Shown in pieces: positions 37,930 through 50,389 of a stretch of 64,000 nucleotides of DNA. Under the pieces are notes generated by a model. It was not told the DNA's origin. It was given only the letters and a program-made list of their open reading frames with translations, and ran no database searches. Source of the stretch: Octopus vulgaris (lineage: Eukaryota). The stretch spans positions 178,684,001 to 178,748,000 of the forward strand of contig OX597814.1 of NCBI GenBank assembly GCA_951406725.2, given 5' to 3'. A program made the position numbers and the translations under genes. Position 1 is the stretch's first letter. Each line of letters starts with the position of its first letter.

Positions 37930-38791
37930 ATATATATATGCATAAATTTACATATGTACATATACATATAAAGAGAAAGAGATAAACAGAAAGAGACAAG
38001 ATACAGAGGGAGTACTTTTGTTCCACAGGTTTTTATATTGGATTAATTTCTCTTGTTACCATTTTTATAATGATATTTGTCTTTATTTCCCATTTCTGAA
38101 CCTTTATATTCTGTTATAGCTAGTTTCCTAAAAAGAATTTCATCATTATTATCATACAAATTTTAAAAAAGAAAGAAATGACGAAAGTTTGGCTTTCGTG
38201 CAATTTAGACTAATTCATGCTAGACATATTAAACAGTGGAGCGGACGTGCGAAAGTATTTGCTTAGTACTGCCGAAAGATTGTTTGGTCTACTACGTGCT
38301 TATTGATATAGTTTAGGCTGCGTTCAATCCAGTACTTTAGTCTCACATCTGGCTGCTACGTGACAATTGCCACTTTATTTTGCATAAAATTCAGTCAAGC
38401 GCTAGTGTACCCACTCAGAGAAAATAACAATTCCTAAAACACTTATTCATAATCTAATCTGTAGCTTTACACAGCTATATTTTCGTTACTGAACATACAA
38501 CAAATAATTTCCTGTGCTTCATTGTAATTTTTTTTTTATTTTATTCATTTATCTACAATTAGTTAAAATGAGAAGAGAATTTGTAATTATCATCCGCATA
38601 TCTAGTTAGCTCCCTATTCCTCTCAGAGGAATATATTTACATTAAACCAACCATTATCATGATTTTCAACAAGTCGAAAGCTTACGGTGTTTTTGTTTGA
38701 CACTCCCCTCTCTCCTCTATACATACATATATATAAATATATGTGTGTGTGCTTATTTATCTATCCATCTATGCACACACACATATCACAC

Positions 38792-38850
<59 letters not shown>

Positions 38851-38936
38851 CATATACACACACATATATATATATAGATAGATACATACATACATACGTA
38901 CATACATATATATATACACACACATACATAAATAGA

Positions 38937-39099
38937 GGTGCAGGCGTAGTTGTGTGGTCAAAAGCAGGATTCCCAACGATATTGTTTCGGGTTCAGTCCC
39001 ACTGCATGGCAACTGCACCAAGTGTCTTCTATTGTATCCTCAGCCAGTCCAAAGCCTTGTGAGTGGTTTTGACAAACGGAAACTGAAAGACGCCTGACG

Positions 39100-39169
<70 letters not shown>

Positions 39170-39395
39170 TGCGTGTCTGTGTTTGTGTGTCTGTGTTTGT
39201 CCCCGCCAACATCGCTTGACAACCGATGCTGGTGTGTTTACGTCACCGTAAATTAGCGGTTCGGCAAAAGAGCCGATAGAATAAGTACTAGGCTTACAAA
39301 GAATAAGTCCTGGGATCGATTTGCTCGACTTAAGGCACTGCTCTATCATGGCCACAATCAAATGACTGAAACAAGTAAAAGAGTAAAAGAGTAAA
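38937..39395 (+). mobile_element. SINE family A, full length
   Basis: Head, internal (TA)(TG) tract and tail CTGAAACAAGTAAAAGAGTAAAAGAG. Confidence 0.9.
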
Positions 39396-39689
39396 ATCTC
39401 ACCATCAACACATACATCGGATTTTAAACATTTAATAAGTGAAAAACGACCACGTGGCTTCACATGACCATAACATGGTAACATGGTTTGTTACTATGGA
39501 AACAGGCACCTATGGTTTTCGATTGGCTGAAATTACCCAAAATTTGCAATCATCAAAAGTTATTAACATCTTACTTATTGACTTATGGCGAAAATGACTT
39601 TCATGTCAATGATCACCATACTAACATATACCAAAATGCCAAATATGAAATTAACTGGAACAAAAATTGAAAAAATTAGAAAGTGGCAG

Positions 39690-39809
39690 TCAAACAGAAT
39701 AGATCCGGGGTGTAAACAGACAAACACTAGTAGTCAAGCGTTGGTGGGGAACAAACACAGACTCAAAGTCAACACACATACATATATATTTATAGTGATA
39801 TGTTCTCTC

Positions 39810-39855
<46 letters not shown>

Positions 39856-40157
39856 CATATACATATAACAGAGAAATTGTACAAAATGTATAAATTGATG
39901 ATGTGTAAAGCACTAGCACAGTTTAGATTACCTGTTTTTATCAGTAGATTTACTGTAGGAACTTAGTAGAGGCGGTTGGGGTAACAGTATTAATTGAATA
40001 GGAGATGTAATGTGTAATAGACTTAATTGGGTACAATACATATTTCGACCCGTTCTTGGTCTCCTCAGGCACTTCAATAAAAAGGTCTCATTAAAGATTC
40101 CTCCAGTCGGCATACGTATCGCTATATATCCATCAAATTCGAGAATACACACACACA

Positions 40158-40191
<34 letters not shown>

Positions 40192-40360
40192 TCCACACTA
40201 CGGGTTTCTTTCAAATTCCGTTTATTGCATCCATTCAAAAGGCTTTGGTCGGCTCAAGGCTACAGTAAGGGACATTAACCAAGGTGCCATGCAATTGGAT
40301 TGAATCAAGAGCCACGTGAATGGAAATGAAACGTTTTATCACACACCAACGTCTGAACCT
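39690..40360 (-). mobile_element. Diverged SINE family A with a foreign insert in its internal microsatellite
   Basis: 3' part at 39690-39780 (GTAAACA...GTCAAGCG...GGGAACAAACACAGA); 5' part at 40198-40360 (GGCTTTGGTCGGC...CCAAGGTGCCA). Confidence 0.6.
40026..40078 (-). ncRNA. Minimal type I hammerhead ribozyme motif
   Basis: Minus: attgaaGTGC-CTGAGGA-GACC-aagaacg-GGTC-GAAA-tatgta-TT-GTACccaat; intact core, perfect 4-bp stem II, short stem III, stem I GTGC/GTAC. Confidence 0.6.
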
Positions 40361-40514
40361 ACATGTATTTACATGTACATTACACACACGCACACACATA
40401 CACACACACGCACACTCATAGATAGGTAAATATATGTATATTGGTATGTCTATATATAATGTATATGCATATATGTATATATAATGTATGTGTATATATA
40501 GATATACATAAGAT

Positions 40515-40705
40515 GTATAGGGGAGAATTCACACAAAAAAAGCAAAAGATGGATAAAGGTGGTGTAGACAACAAACAGATGTATTAGTATAACGCTCGGG
40601 AAGTGAAAAGTCTTTAATGTTTCGAGCCTACGCTCTTCCACAGAAAAGAATACAGGAAAAATCAAGGAGAGAAAATAAAGAATGTGTAGTGGCTAGCGAT
40701 CCACA
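40515..40705 (-). mobile_element. Microsatellite-flanked Penelope-like terminal fragment with variant hammerhead-like motif
   Basis: Minus 40610-40649: tctttt-CTGTGGA-a-GAGC-gtag-GCTC-GAAAC-atta-aaga; flanked by TA and CA tracts. Confidence 0.45.
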
Positions 40706-40771
40706 TGATGCACACACACACACATATATATATATATATGTGTGTGTGTGTATGTGTATATACATATACAT

Positions 40772-41332
40772 ACTCTCCTGGGAAAGACTGTGGCTTGGTC
40801 CAGTTTCTTCAGAAAAATCACCGAAAGAAACAGTTTTTAAATTTTCACTCCATTCAGGTGCCAATTCATTTTCTTTATCGCTGTCGGAGCTCTCGAATTC
40901 ACTGTTTTCACTTTCGGAAAATGAAACATCGGATTCATTATCAAATACCTCGTGCTTTTTTTTTCAGTCGTAGAGTTAGATTTATCAAGGTCTTCAGTAG
41001 AAAAGCCTTCGAATTCTGACTCGCTGCTTGATATAATGAAATTCGTATCCATTTTTTGTCAGAATTACAAATTTTGAAAACACAATAGGAACAAATTTCG
41101 GAAAAAAATCTCCCAAAATTCACGGAATTAAAATTACACTTCGATCATTGTACAAAACTGTAGATGAACTGTTTACGAAGTATAATCACATGTTTTCACG
41201 AATGTACTAAAGAGATTTGCTCTGATATTCTCATTTAAATATGAATAGGTAAATACGGGCAGGTTTGGGCGGTTTGGTCACATTAACCAAAATTTTTTTC
41301 GGGCGGCTTTGGGCCGTTTGGTAACGAAAGGG
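40772..41332 (-). mobile_element. piggyBac-like transposon 5' remnant
   Basis: Terminus ...CGAAAGGG-TTGA (decayed TTAA); subterminal GGGC(A)GG.TTTGGGC.GTTTGGT repeats; acidic N-terminus followed by EWSENLKTVSFGDFSEETGPSHSL. Confidence 0.7.
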
Positions 41333-41856
41333 TTGAATGATAATGATTCACTTCGTCACTATTCAGTTTCTGACAAAGTGCAATAATGTAACAGGTTTTT
41401 CTTAAATGGTTGCATTTGTTGAGAAACTCTGAGTATTGATGGACTTAATCATCTGTCTAAAATAAATGAGTTCTACTTAAAGAATTTTATCTATATATAT
41501 GCACACGCATACACACACACGTGTGTGTGTGTGTGGTAAAAATATTTTGTTTTCAGCACCAGCTTAACAATGAAAGAGTTATTTTATTGAATCCCTCCAA
41601 ATTCATTATTAATTTCACTAGAAATATAGTCAAAGGAAGGTTAAATATTATAGCATTAACTTGTCTGTTTTTTCATACAGATGGCAGCTATGATTTTTTT
41701 TTGTAATTCCTAAACATATTTTTTTAGTTGCCTTTACCCATCCCCGCAAAAAAACAAAAAACAAACAAACCAAGTGTTTCATTCCTTTTTCACTTCATGG
41801 ATTATTATAAAACTACTTAGGCAAAAAAAAAAAAATATGTATATATATATATATAT

Positions 41857-41919
41857 GGCGGTGCCCCAGCATGGCCACAGCTCGTGAGCTGAAACTAGAT
41901 AAAATAAGATAAAAAAAAA
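41857..41919 (+). mobile_element. Isolated LINE/SINE-A-type 3' tail in (TA)n
   Basis: GGCGGTGCCCCAGCATGGCCACAG...CTGAAACTAGATAAAA, same motif as 27030-27070 and 9748-9790. Confidence 0.7.
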
Positions 41920-42654
41920 TACATATATATATATACATATATATATATTCATATATATATATATACATATATACACACACATATATATATATACACACAT
42001 ATATATATACATATATATACATATATATATATGTACATATACACATATACACACACACTCATATACATATAATATATATATATATATATATGCGTGTGTG
42101 TGTGTGTATGTGTATGTATGTATGTATGCATGTATGTATGTATGTATGTATACATGTATGTATATTGTTTATAGTTTAAAGACAGACGTTCTCCATATAG
42201 AATACACTTCGAAGTGCTCAAGAGATTTGAACTTGAGCTGGTAGATAGGTAAATGCAATGATAAGCAAGTTAGGCATGTCGATTTACACAGAATATTTAA
42301 TAAATCTTATAGAAAAAATGTACGTGTTCGCATATAAGAATATAGAATATAGAATATAGAATATAAATGATATCAAGAGTTGAATAGATACAATTTTATG
42401 AGTCCAGCAGTTGTTTCTGTGGCTCGGTGGTCCGGTATAGTGATAGTTACTTGTATCGCTTATTAGATTACAACGTCTCCGTTTTCGTGGGAGAATTTTA
42501 CATTTGAGGTGCTGACAGGATGGAGTTTTAAAATAAAATGATTTTGTGGAAAACTAAGTGTATTAGGAAGGGGAGTTGGGGATGTTTAGGTACAGAGTAG
42601 TGAGAGGAGAAATAGATTTCAGGCTTAGGGTTTATAATGAGATTTGTGATAGTA

Positions 42655-42795
42655 TAAGGTTGTCCCAAATGTTCGTAGAAAGTCTTGGAAAATAATGGTC
42701 TTTATTTTGAGGAATAATTTTTGTTGTTTTTGTTTGTACTTGGCGAGTAAAAATTCAATTTTCGCAAGTGTTTACGAACTTTTGGGATAACCTAA
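42655..42795. mobile_element. Tc1/mariner-type MITE (~140 bp)
   Basis: TIRs AGGTTGTCCCAAATGTTCGTA / TACGAACTTTTGGGATAACCT, flanked by TA. Confidence 0.8.
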
Positions 42796-43606
42796 TAGTA
42801 GAGGTTGGAGGTGGGAGGGAAAGGCAAGGGTGGTTTAAGTAGTATGTGAATGATGACATTTTTGATAGTTTGTGTGAAGCCTATAGTGTTAAAATTTGTA
42901 CTAGTGAAAAGGGCTTGTTATTCTTGTCTTCTCCTTTTCTCGTGTCCTTAGCAATTCTCCTTCTTCTTCTGTCTTGTTATATGTTCTCTATATTAATTTA
43001 TTCATCCTCTAACCATAACTTTATTTTTTTGTTACCTTTGTGACATAATCAAAAACAATGTCCGGAAGATGCATATGGCAAGTTTCAGGAAGTGCCACTC
43101 TAATCTCTAAAACCACAAATATTACATGAATTTTCACTTCGAATTGACGCCGCAAGCAGAGATCGAACAGGAAAAATTATAACGAATCATTAAAGATGTA
43201 TTAAACTATTTAAATATTCATTTGCCCTATTATTTGGATAATTATCCATCGTCTATTATTATTCATTTGATTATAATACACCAAAAAGATTTACATGTCG
43301 GACACCCTGGAGTGTACCAACAATGTACAATCCATCTAACACGTGCTAAGTGCTGAATACTCATAAGGCTGGTTTTTCTCTGTGTATGCAACCGGAATAT
43401 CCTATTTAATATTTATCAACCATAGGCGGGGACCACACATTTATCCAACTGAAAGCATTCATATTTACATAGAACGTCTTACTGTTGTATGTATTATCCT
43501 TTGTTACCGTTGTTGGCAATTGTCAGCAATTCTAGAGTCTGCAACTCAATCAGTAAGAACCATTCCTCGAAACCTACACTTGCTGAGCTTATTTATTGTT
43601 TTAAGT

Positions 43607-43686
43607 ACACCTTACCTTTGTTTATATTTTCGTTGCATTAGATTATCCCCAGTTACTGACGTATAATCCGCCTTATATTGTGTCAT

Positions 43687-43725
<39 letters not shown>

Positions 43726-43811
43726 TGATTTATATACACCTTTATTTATATTTTCGTTGCTGAAATCTTTCGATTATCCCCAGTTACCGATGTATATTCC
43801 GACTTGTATTA

Positions 43812-43820
<9 letters not shown>
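43607..43820. repeat. Two diverged ~85-bp tandem copies separated by (TA)n
   Basis: TTTATATTTTCGTTGC...GATTATCCCCAGTTAC.GA.GTATA.TCCG repeated. Confidence 0.8.
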
Positions 43821-43861
<41 letters not shown>

Positions 43862-44418
43862 TGTTTTTGTGTGTGTATGTCTGTGAATGTTTAAGTGTGT
43901 GCGTGGATGCCTGTGTGTATGTGTGTGTAAATGAGTGAAATGTTTATAATATAAATATTTGCTGAGAAGACAAACTCAGGCTATAAAATCCAGGATTTGT
44001 CATAATATCGCGTACGAACAACGAGAAGGTCGGATATATCTCGAATCGTATCAGCACTTACGAACCAACATTGACTATATAACTGATTTAATAAGAATAT
44101 TTATATTGAGAAGACTATGTATCATTGCAAAGTTCTCTCTGTATAATATGTATACTTTTTAACGGATAATGAAACTGATGTTATAGTCAAGTAAAAGCAC
44201 TGGAATTTAAAATTTTTCGCTATAAGATATAACACATGGCGTTTTATAATCATAATCTGGTAAGAAACGCAGTCATAAACTATATAGTATTAGATAAAAT
44301 TATATCGTATGAGTTAAATTATATATGATTTAGATTATATTGTATTGATATTTTATGCAGAGAACATTGAAAGCGAACGAATAGTATATAAACTGCGTGA
44401 AAAAATTAAAACATTTAA

Positions 44419-44610
44419 TCCTTTGGACCGCGTATGTACCCTTTAGCGGGTGCAGTTTCGTTGACCATGCACATGGAAAAAGTAAAAATGCTGAAAATAA
44501 TAATGTTTCTTAAATCTAATGAGCCGTAAACTCAAAACTATGTAGCTTTCCGATTTTGCATTTTCCAAACGAAATTGCGCCCACTAGAGCTTAGGGGCGT
44601 GTTCAAAGGA
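44419..44610. mobile_element. piggyBac-like MITE (~190 bp)
   Basis: TTAA-TCCTTTGGAC ... GTTCAAAGGA-TAAA, imperfect TIRs with TTAA-like flanks. Confidence 0.55.
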
Positions 44611-45834
44611 TAAATCTAATTCTCACTTTGTGGGGATATGGAAGGGAACTCCATACATCTTTTACTCTCATGCTGATCTAAACTATCACCGTATTTCTTA
44701 AGGAAATGATTGGTTTTTGGCTGCGAGTCAGATGTAAATAACAATTGCTCTTCACCAATTCAGGTACTTAGAGATTGCTAGTAGAAAAGGAAGGAGGTAT
44801 CCTCAGCGATTTGCCTAATACTTACACTACCACCAAACTGTGCCTAGATGATGGTTATAGAATTGATGGTTAATGAAATTTACCTAACAATCCACGATGG
44901 GGAACAAGAGCAATTTTCCACTTACAGAATTTTATTCACAAAGTATTGGACGGTCGGAAAACTATCTTAAGGAAAACAAGTCTTTGTTAGCATTCAATAG
45001 ATGGATCGTACAACCATGTGAAATGTGAAGCAAACGTTTTCACCCCAGCTTCATGCCTGTTTAAAATGAATATCTGGTTCATTAAAGGGAATTAGTATAC
45101 GATTGTTAAGCTTTTGATTTTGATCAATCATATGGTATTAATGTTTGTTGAACATACGTTATTAATGTTTGTAGATTCAAGTTGTGAATATTAATTGTCA
45201 ATTCAGCAAAATGTATTTGGCAATAACAATTGTTATGGTTGAGAAATGAAAGCTTTCTTTCCAGCTGTCTTTTGTGGTTTATTTCAAAACACACACATTC
45301 ATATGTACGTGTATACATATGTATACATTATGTATATCTCTGTGTCCATGGGTATGTATATACATATTTGTGAATGTATGTGCTTGTGAGTAATGACCTG
45401 CTCACATATCTTCACATTTACACAGAAACACGGTGTAAATATATACTAATTTTTGTATTCATCAAAGATATCCACGGAACCTATTTCAGATTTACCTAGA
45501 TAGAAAACTTTAATTAATAAGCAAAAGAGACCATTTTTGACACAACCAGAGCGCCATTTTTTGAACATAGTTTGTAGGTGTTCCTTGCCACATCATGTAA
45601 TAATAATTAATATCTTGCGTTGGCATGTATTTAAATATTCAATTCTTACAGCTAAAGAGAGAATTTTCATAATTAATCTTAAATTAAATTTAACAAGCCA
45701 TATTTAATTAAACTGTGCAACGAAGAGAAGTGGGTGTTACTGTTAGACGCTGCGGCAAAATTACATCCTTGAAGATTTCCATATGTATTTATATATGTAT
45801 GTATGCATATATGTGTGTGTGTATGCATATATAT

Positions 45835-45881
<47 letters not shown>

Positions 45882-46153
45882 TGTGTGTATTTTTGTATGT
45901 GCATATATATGTATGTGGGGGTGAGGTGTATGTATGGCATGTAATATATGTATGTAATGTATGTATACAGATACTCTTGAAACATTAATGTATGATCAAC
46001 AAAAAAGTTCTCCATCCAGTGAGACATGAATTTCATTTAACGTACACAAGCATGAAAACCCAAAGCATGTTATAAAAGCCTGCCTTGACCTCGTCTCCAA
46101 AGTAATATTGTATATTACTCGTATATATTGTGTACTTCAAGTAAGATATACAT

Positions 46154-46201
<48 letters not shown>

Positions 46202-47077
46202 GTGCGTGTGCGTGTCTACATGTTTTTTGTATATATATCTATATATCTATATATATATATATAGTCAACAGATGAGATTCATATATACTCTGTAACGAAA
46301 ACACTTAGTATCACCCAAATGATTCGAACTTAGACCATGATGTCTTTGCAAGGAACCAATTCCGCAGGGTAAAGAGAGGCTATAAGAGTAATCAAGGGGC
46401 GTAGATATGGAAGTAATTATGCGGATAAACAAATTAAATATGACAGCTTGGTGAGACATACAAAATACATATATGCATGTGTATACATACAAACAAAAAG
46501 AAAACGAAGACTGAAGACTGAAGACTATGAATATTTAGATATAGATATAGTTATTTATATTAGTAGATCAAATTTACACAGAATACAGACCGTAGGGTTT
46601 TACAACTCTACCAGCTGTTTCCAGGCGGTCAGACATCATCGTAATGTTGGCAGATGTAGTCCACCAAAATATGCAGTCAGTAATGGAAGCAAATAAACAT
46701 TGGATAAATCGAGCCTGTGTTTCAGATCATAATGCAGAGAAGTTTAGAATTTTAAAAGTGGAATTCACCCTTAAACATTTCTGCCTGATGATCGCAAATC
46801 TAAGACTTGTTTTCACACTGATAGCGGAGTATCTGGGTAGTATGTAAGTTTATATGCTATCATCTAATATGGTATCTTATATTGTCCTATACTATTTCAT
46901 ATGTTGTACTTCGTTTCGTTGTAGGTGTATTAGCATATATTTTTTTATTATGTCGCAGTCATCTTTCACCTAGCGGCACTCGATTCACTAAACTAGCAGT
47001 CAAGTACTAAATAAATATACTCGAAAAACTCCCACCACTTAACATTGCTGTATTGGAGCATAATTTACGAAGGAAAA

Positions 47078-47102
47078 ATCATCATCATCGTCGTCGTCAT
47101 CG

Positions 47103-47151
<49 letters not shown>

Positions 47152-47200
47152 TATCATCATCATCACCACCATCATCATCATTAACGACATCATCATTAGC
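47078..47200. repeat. (CAT)n microsatellite
   Basis: Direct reading. Confidence 0.95.
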
Positions 47201-48329
47201 AGCAGTAATAGTAATAATATTGGCATCAGCACCAGCATTATGAAATCAGTAGTTTGCACATAAGCGTACCTGAAAGGGGTTAGGATTTCACTTTGCATTG
47301 AAACAGTCTTTTGATTCAATCTTATGCAAGTAATTTTTTCCATACGTACCGAAATATCCAATCTTTGTAATCGAATCTTCGTACGCAGAATCGTTGTATA
47401 TGTTGTCATTTGAATGGACTGCACTTGTAATTGAAATATTCAACCCTGTCATATTTGTTTCACCCTAGTAAAGTCTGAGAATTATGTTAAGAGAACTTGT
47501 TTTTACCTGAGAATTGCATAACGTCTGTAGAACACTCAGCTATTTTGAAGGATAATTTCGACCAATTTGCTTAGATGCACAAATCAGCCCGATATAGTGT
47601 CAGCAGAATTATATCACATCGCTTCAGCTGAACACGCTTTTACTACAAGTTATACAGAAAAGAATATTCAAAATTTCTATAAAATAAGCTACATTGAATC
47701 AACGTAATCCACACTAACTCCGATGAAAATTACTTGGCGGTGCAATAATATAACAATGCTGATTTACATGTAATTACCCAGCAAATTTCAACTATGAGAA
47801 GGAAATAGCGTTTAACAGTCATACGAAACTTAACATATATTTAAACATGACAATGAATGAATACTAGGAACATTTGCATAAAGACTCAACGGTAAATTAG
47901 TAAACAGGACATTGATGAAGATCTTTATAGACCTCAACTTGTTAAAAAATAATGCCGAATGTCAATAATGTTGTATATATGTGAGGTGAATAGCCAAGGA
48001 ACTCCACTAATCTATGTTTAAATGAAACAAAAATAACCATATAATAGATGTAAGAAAGATAATTTTCACCTGCATTAATATCTGGAAATAAAACCGCAAA
48101 AGTTGGGTTTGAAAACAAACTCTATCCTTATAATAGGTACATTTGGACAGAAGGCAAATACATAAGCATAACATTTTAGGATTTAATGTGCACATCATTA
48201 AGGAAATAGAGCTATTACACGACAGATACATGTGGTGCAGAGAAATTTCCATACAGCAAGAAAAAGAATATGAAAGCAAGTCACTGCATAAAGCTAAATC
48301 ACAAAGATCTGCGCTCAGGAGAGAAGCGA

Positions 48330-48760
48330 ATGCCCCCAAATTAAATTAAGAATATATTGGATTTCTCCATAAACAGTAAAATTGTGTTGAAGCAACATGA
48401 CCAGATGTGATTATAGTAGACAAAAATATATATATGTACGATTAGTGTATTTGCTATATCATATGGTAACAGAGTGAATACTAAGCAAATTGAGTAAATT
48501 GATAAATATCAAGACCTAGCCAAACATATAGAGGTATACAAAGGTGACAGTTGTTATTATGGTAATGATTGCTCTTGGCCCAACTTATAAGATGTTAGCT
48601 AAGAGATTGAAGAATATTGGCGCTGAAACACGCAATGTAATGCACCAAAAATGTTTCATCCTCTATTCTACACGAATTTAAAAAATAGCGACTGTAGAGA
48701 CATGAGGTGAATTATTACCGCCATACCTCATAATAACTTACTTGCTGTCTAAATAATAGA
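48330..48760 (+). mobile_element. Highly decayed R4/Dong-like RLE domain and 3' end
   Basis: Fragments ILDFSI, PDVIIVD, IDKYQDLA, IALG; followed by TAA-rich sequence. Confidence 0.6.
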
Positions 48761-49129
48761 CTAATGATAATTATAATAATTACTTCAAATTTTGGCACAA
48801 GGCCAATAATTCGGGTTGGAGGAAGAAATATCGTTAGCAATAATCATAATAATAATAATAATAATAATACAGAACTATTACTAGCCATGTATTTTAATTT
48901 AACTTAAAGAACTATTACTCCCCATGTATCTTAATTTAACTTTAAGAAAAAATGAACGAACTATTGAGTTTAGTTTAATAGTCGACCAATGTATACTATG
49001 AGTTTCTTTGCCCTAGGAGTCGGGAAGACACTCAGCAAGAAATGGAAGCAAATTTGAAAGAGGAAAAAAAAAAAAATAATAATGATGATGATAATAATGA
49101 TGATGATGTTGATGATAATAATAATAATA

Positions 49130-49640
49130 GCTTTGGCTGCAAACAGGAGCGTCAACCTTAAGAATGTGCATCTCCGTTCTACCACATCTGCGATAGAGTA
49201 GATGAAATTATTGCCCATATCACAAACGAATCCCTAGATTGCCTAAAACACTACAATTTGTGGTGATACGACCAAGTAGCGAAGGTACTACATTAGAAAC
49301 TGCTATACTGGAAAGGTGTAGGGGGTAGAGAGAAGCATGCGTGGTATGAACACAGGCCGCAGAGGGTGGGGGAGTCGGAGACTAGCAAAATCCTGTGGGA
49401 TTTCTCGATCCAAAAAGATCAGGTGCTAGAGCATAACAGACCGGATCTAGTGGTGGTGGTGGACAATTTGTACCACATATGCTATACAGTTGATGTTGCA
49501 TGTCGCTTTTACCTACGAATAGTCAAGAAGGACAGCCAAAAAATAGATAGATACAACCCTCTCACGTACGAAATAGTCCGGTTGTGGAAAATGAAGAATG
49601 TGAAAACAGTGCCAAATTTTACCAGACTATATCAATAGTT
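49130..49640 (+). mobile_element. R4/Dong-like LINE fragment, restriction-like endonuclease domain
   Basis: WYEHRP..ESETSKILWDFSIQKDQVLEHNRPDLVVV...DVAC...KIDRYNPL.YEI.RLW; preceded by (TAA/TGA)n. Confidence 0.85.
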
Positions 49641-50389
49641 ATAGTTAAAAAATAAATACTCAAACAAAAAAATCTAATTTGCTTCAAAAGTCACACAAAT
49701 CTAAATCATACAAGCATGCTGAGTAACCATTAGACACAATTTACAGTTTAGTTGTCCGATGCAAAAAATTGGCTACATGAAAAATTAAATTCATACACCC
49801 TCCAGCTATTTATACAATTTTTTTCAACATTTATCTTAAGAGAAAATAGCTAGCAAAATTACTACACAACCTGCCACAAATGCAGGGTTCAAAATTCACA
49901 TAAATATTACAATAACATAGCTTAAGAGATTTTTGTACTCAACCAGATGTGATAGAGAAACTATTTAAATCTGAGAAGCAAAAGTTCTGGCGAATTCCTG
50001 GAGCATAAAATAAATCCATAAATTCCTAACACAAAGCAAAAAGTGCATAAACTCTCACAAAAACTGAGTGTACAATTATCTCTGCGTATAAATGTTTGCT
50101 AAGTTCTAGCCAATTCGTTAGTTTCACAGTTTGGCTATTAACACCTTACTTCCCTCATTTTGACAATGGACGTCATCCTGACCTTACAGTGCAGAATGCA
50201 AAACTGTCTGTTTACCAGTTTACTTGTTAAAATTATACAATAAAATGTTTTTATAATTGCCTACCATTCCTTTCGCATTAAAAGTGACAATTTGTATACA
50301 TAAAAAACATGTTTCAGAAGGATAAAATATATTCCATAAAATGCAGAATTCAAATATGTAGTTGTACATAAAATACATGGTAAGTGCTA

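Noticed and set aside
48871-48946. 37-bp unit x2 as a CRISPR-like repeat
   Set aside because: Adjacent tandem duplication without spacers in eukaryotic DNA; no CRISPR array anywhere in the window
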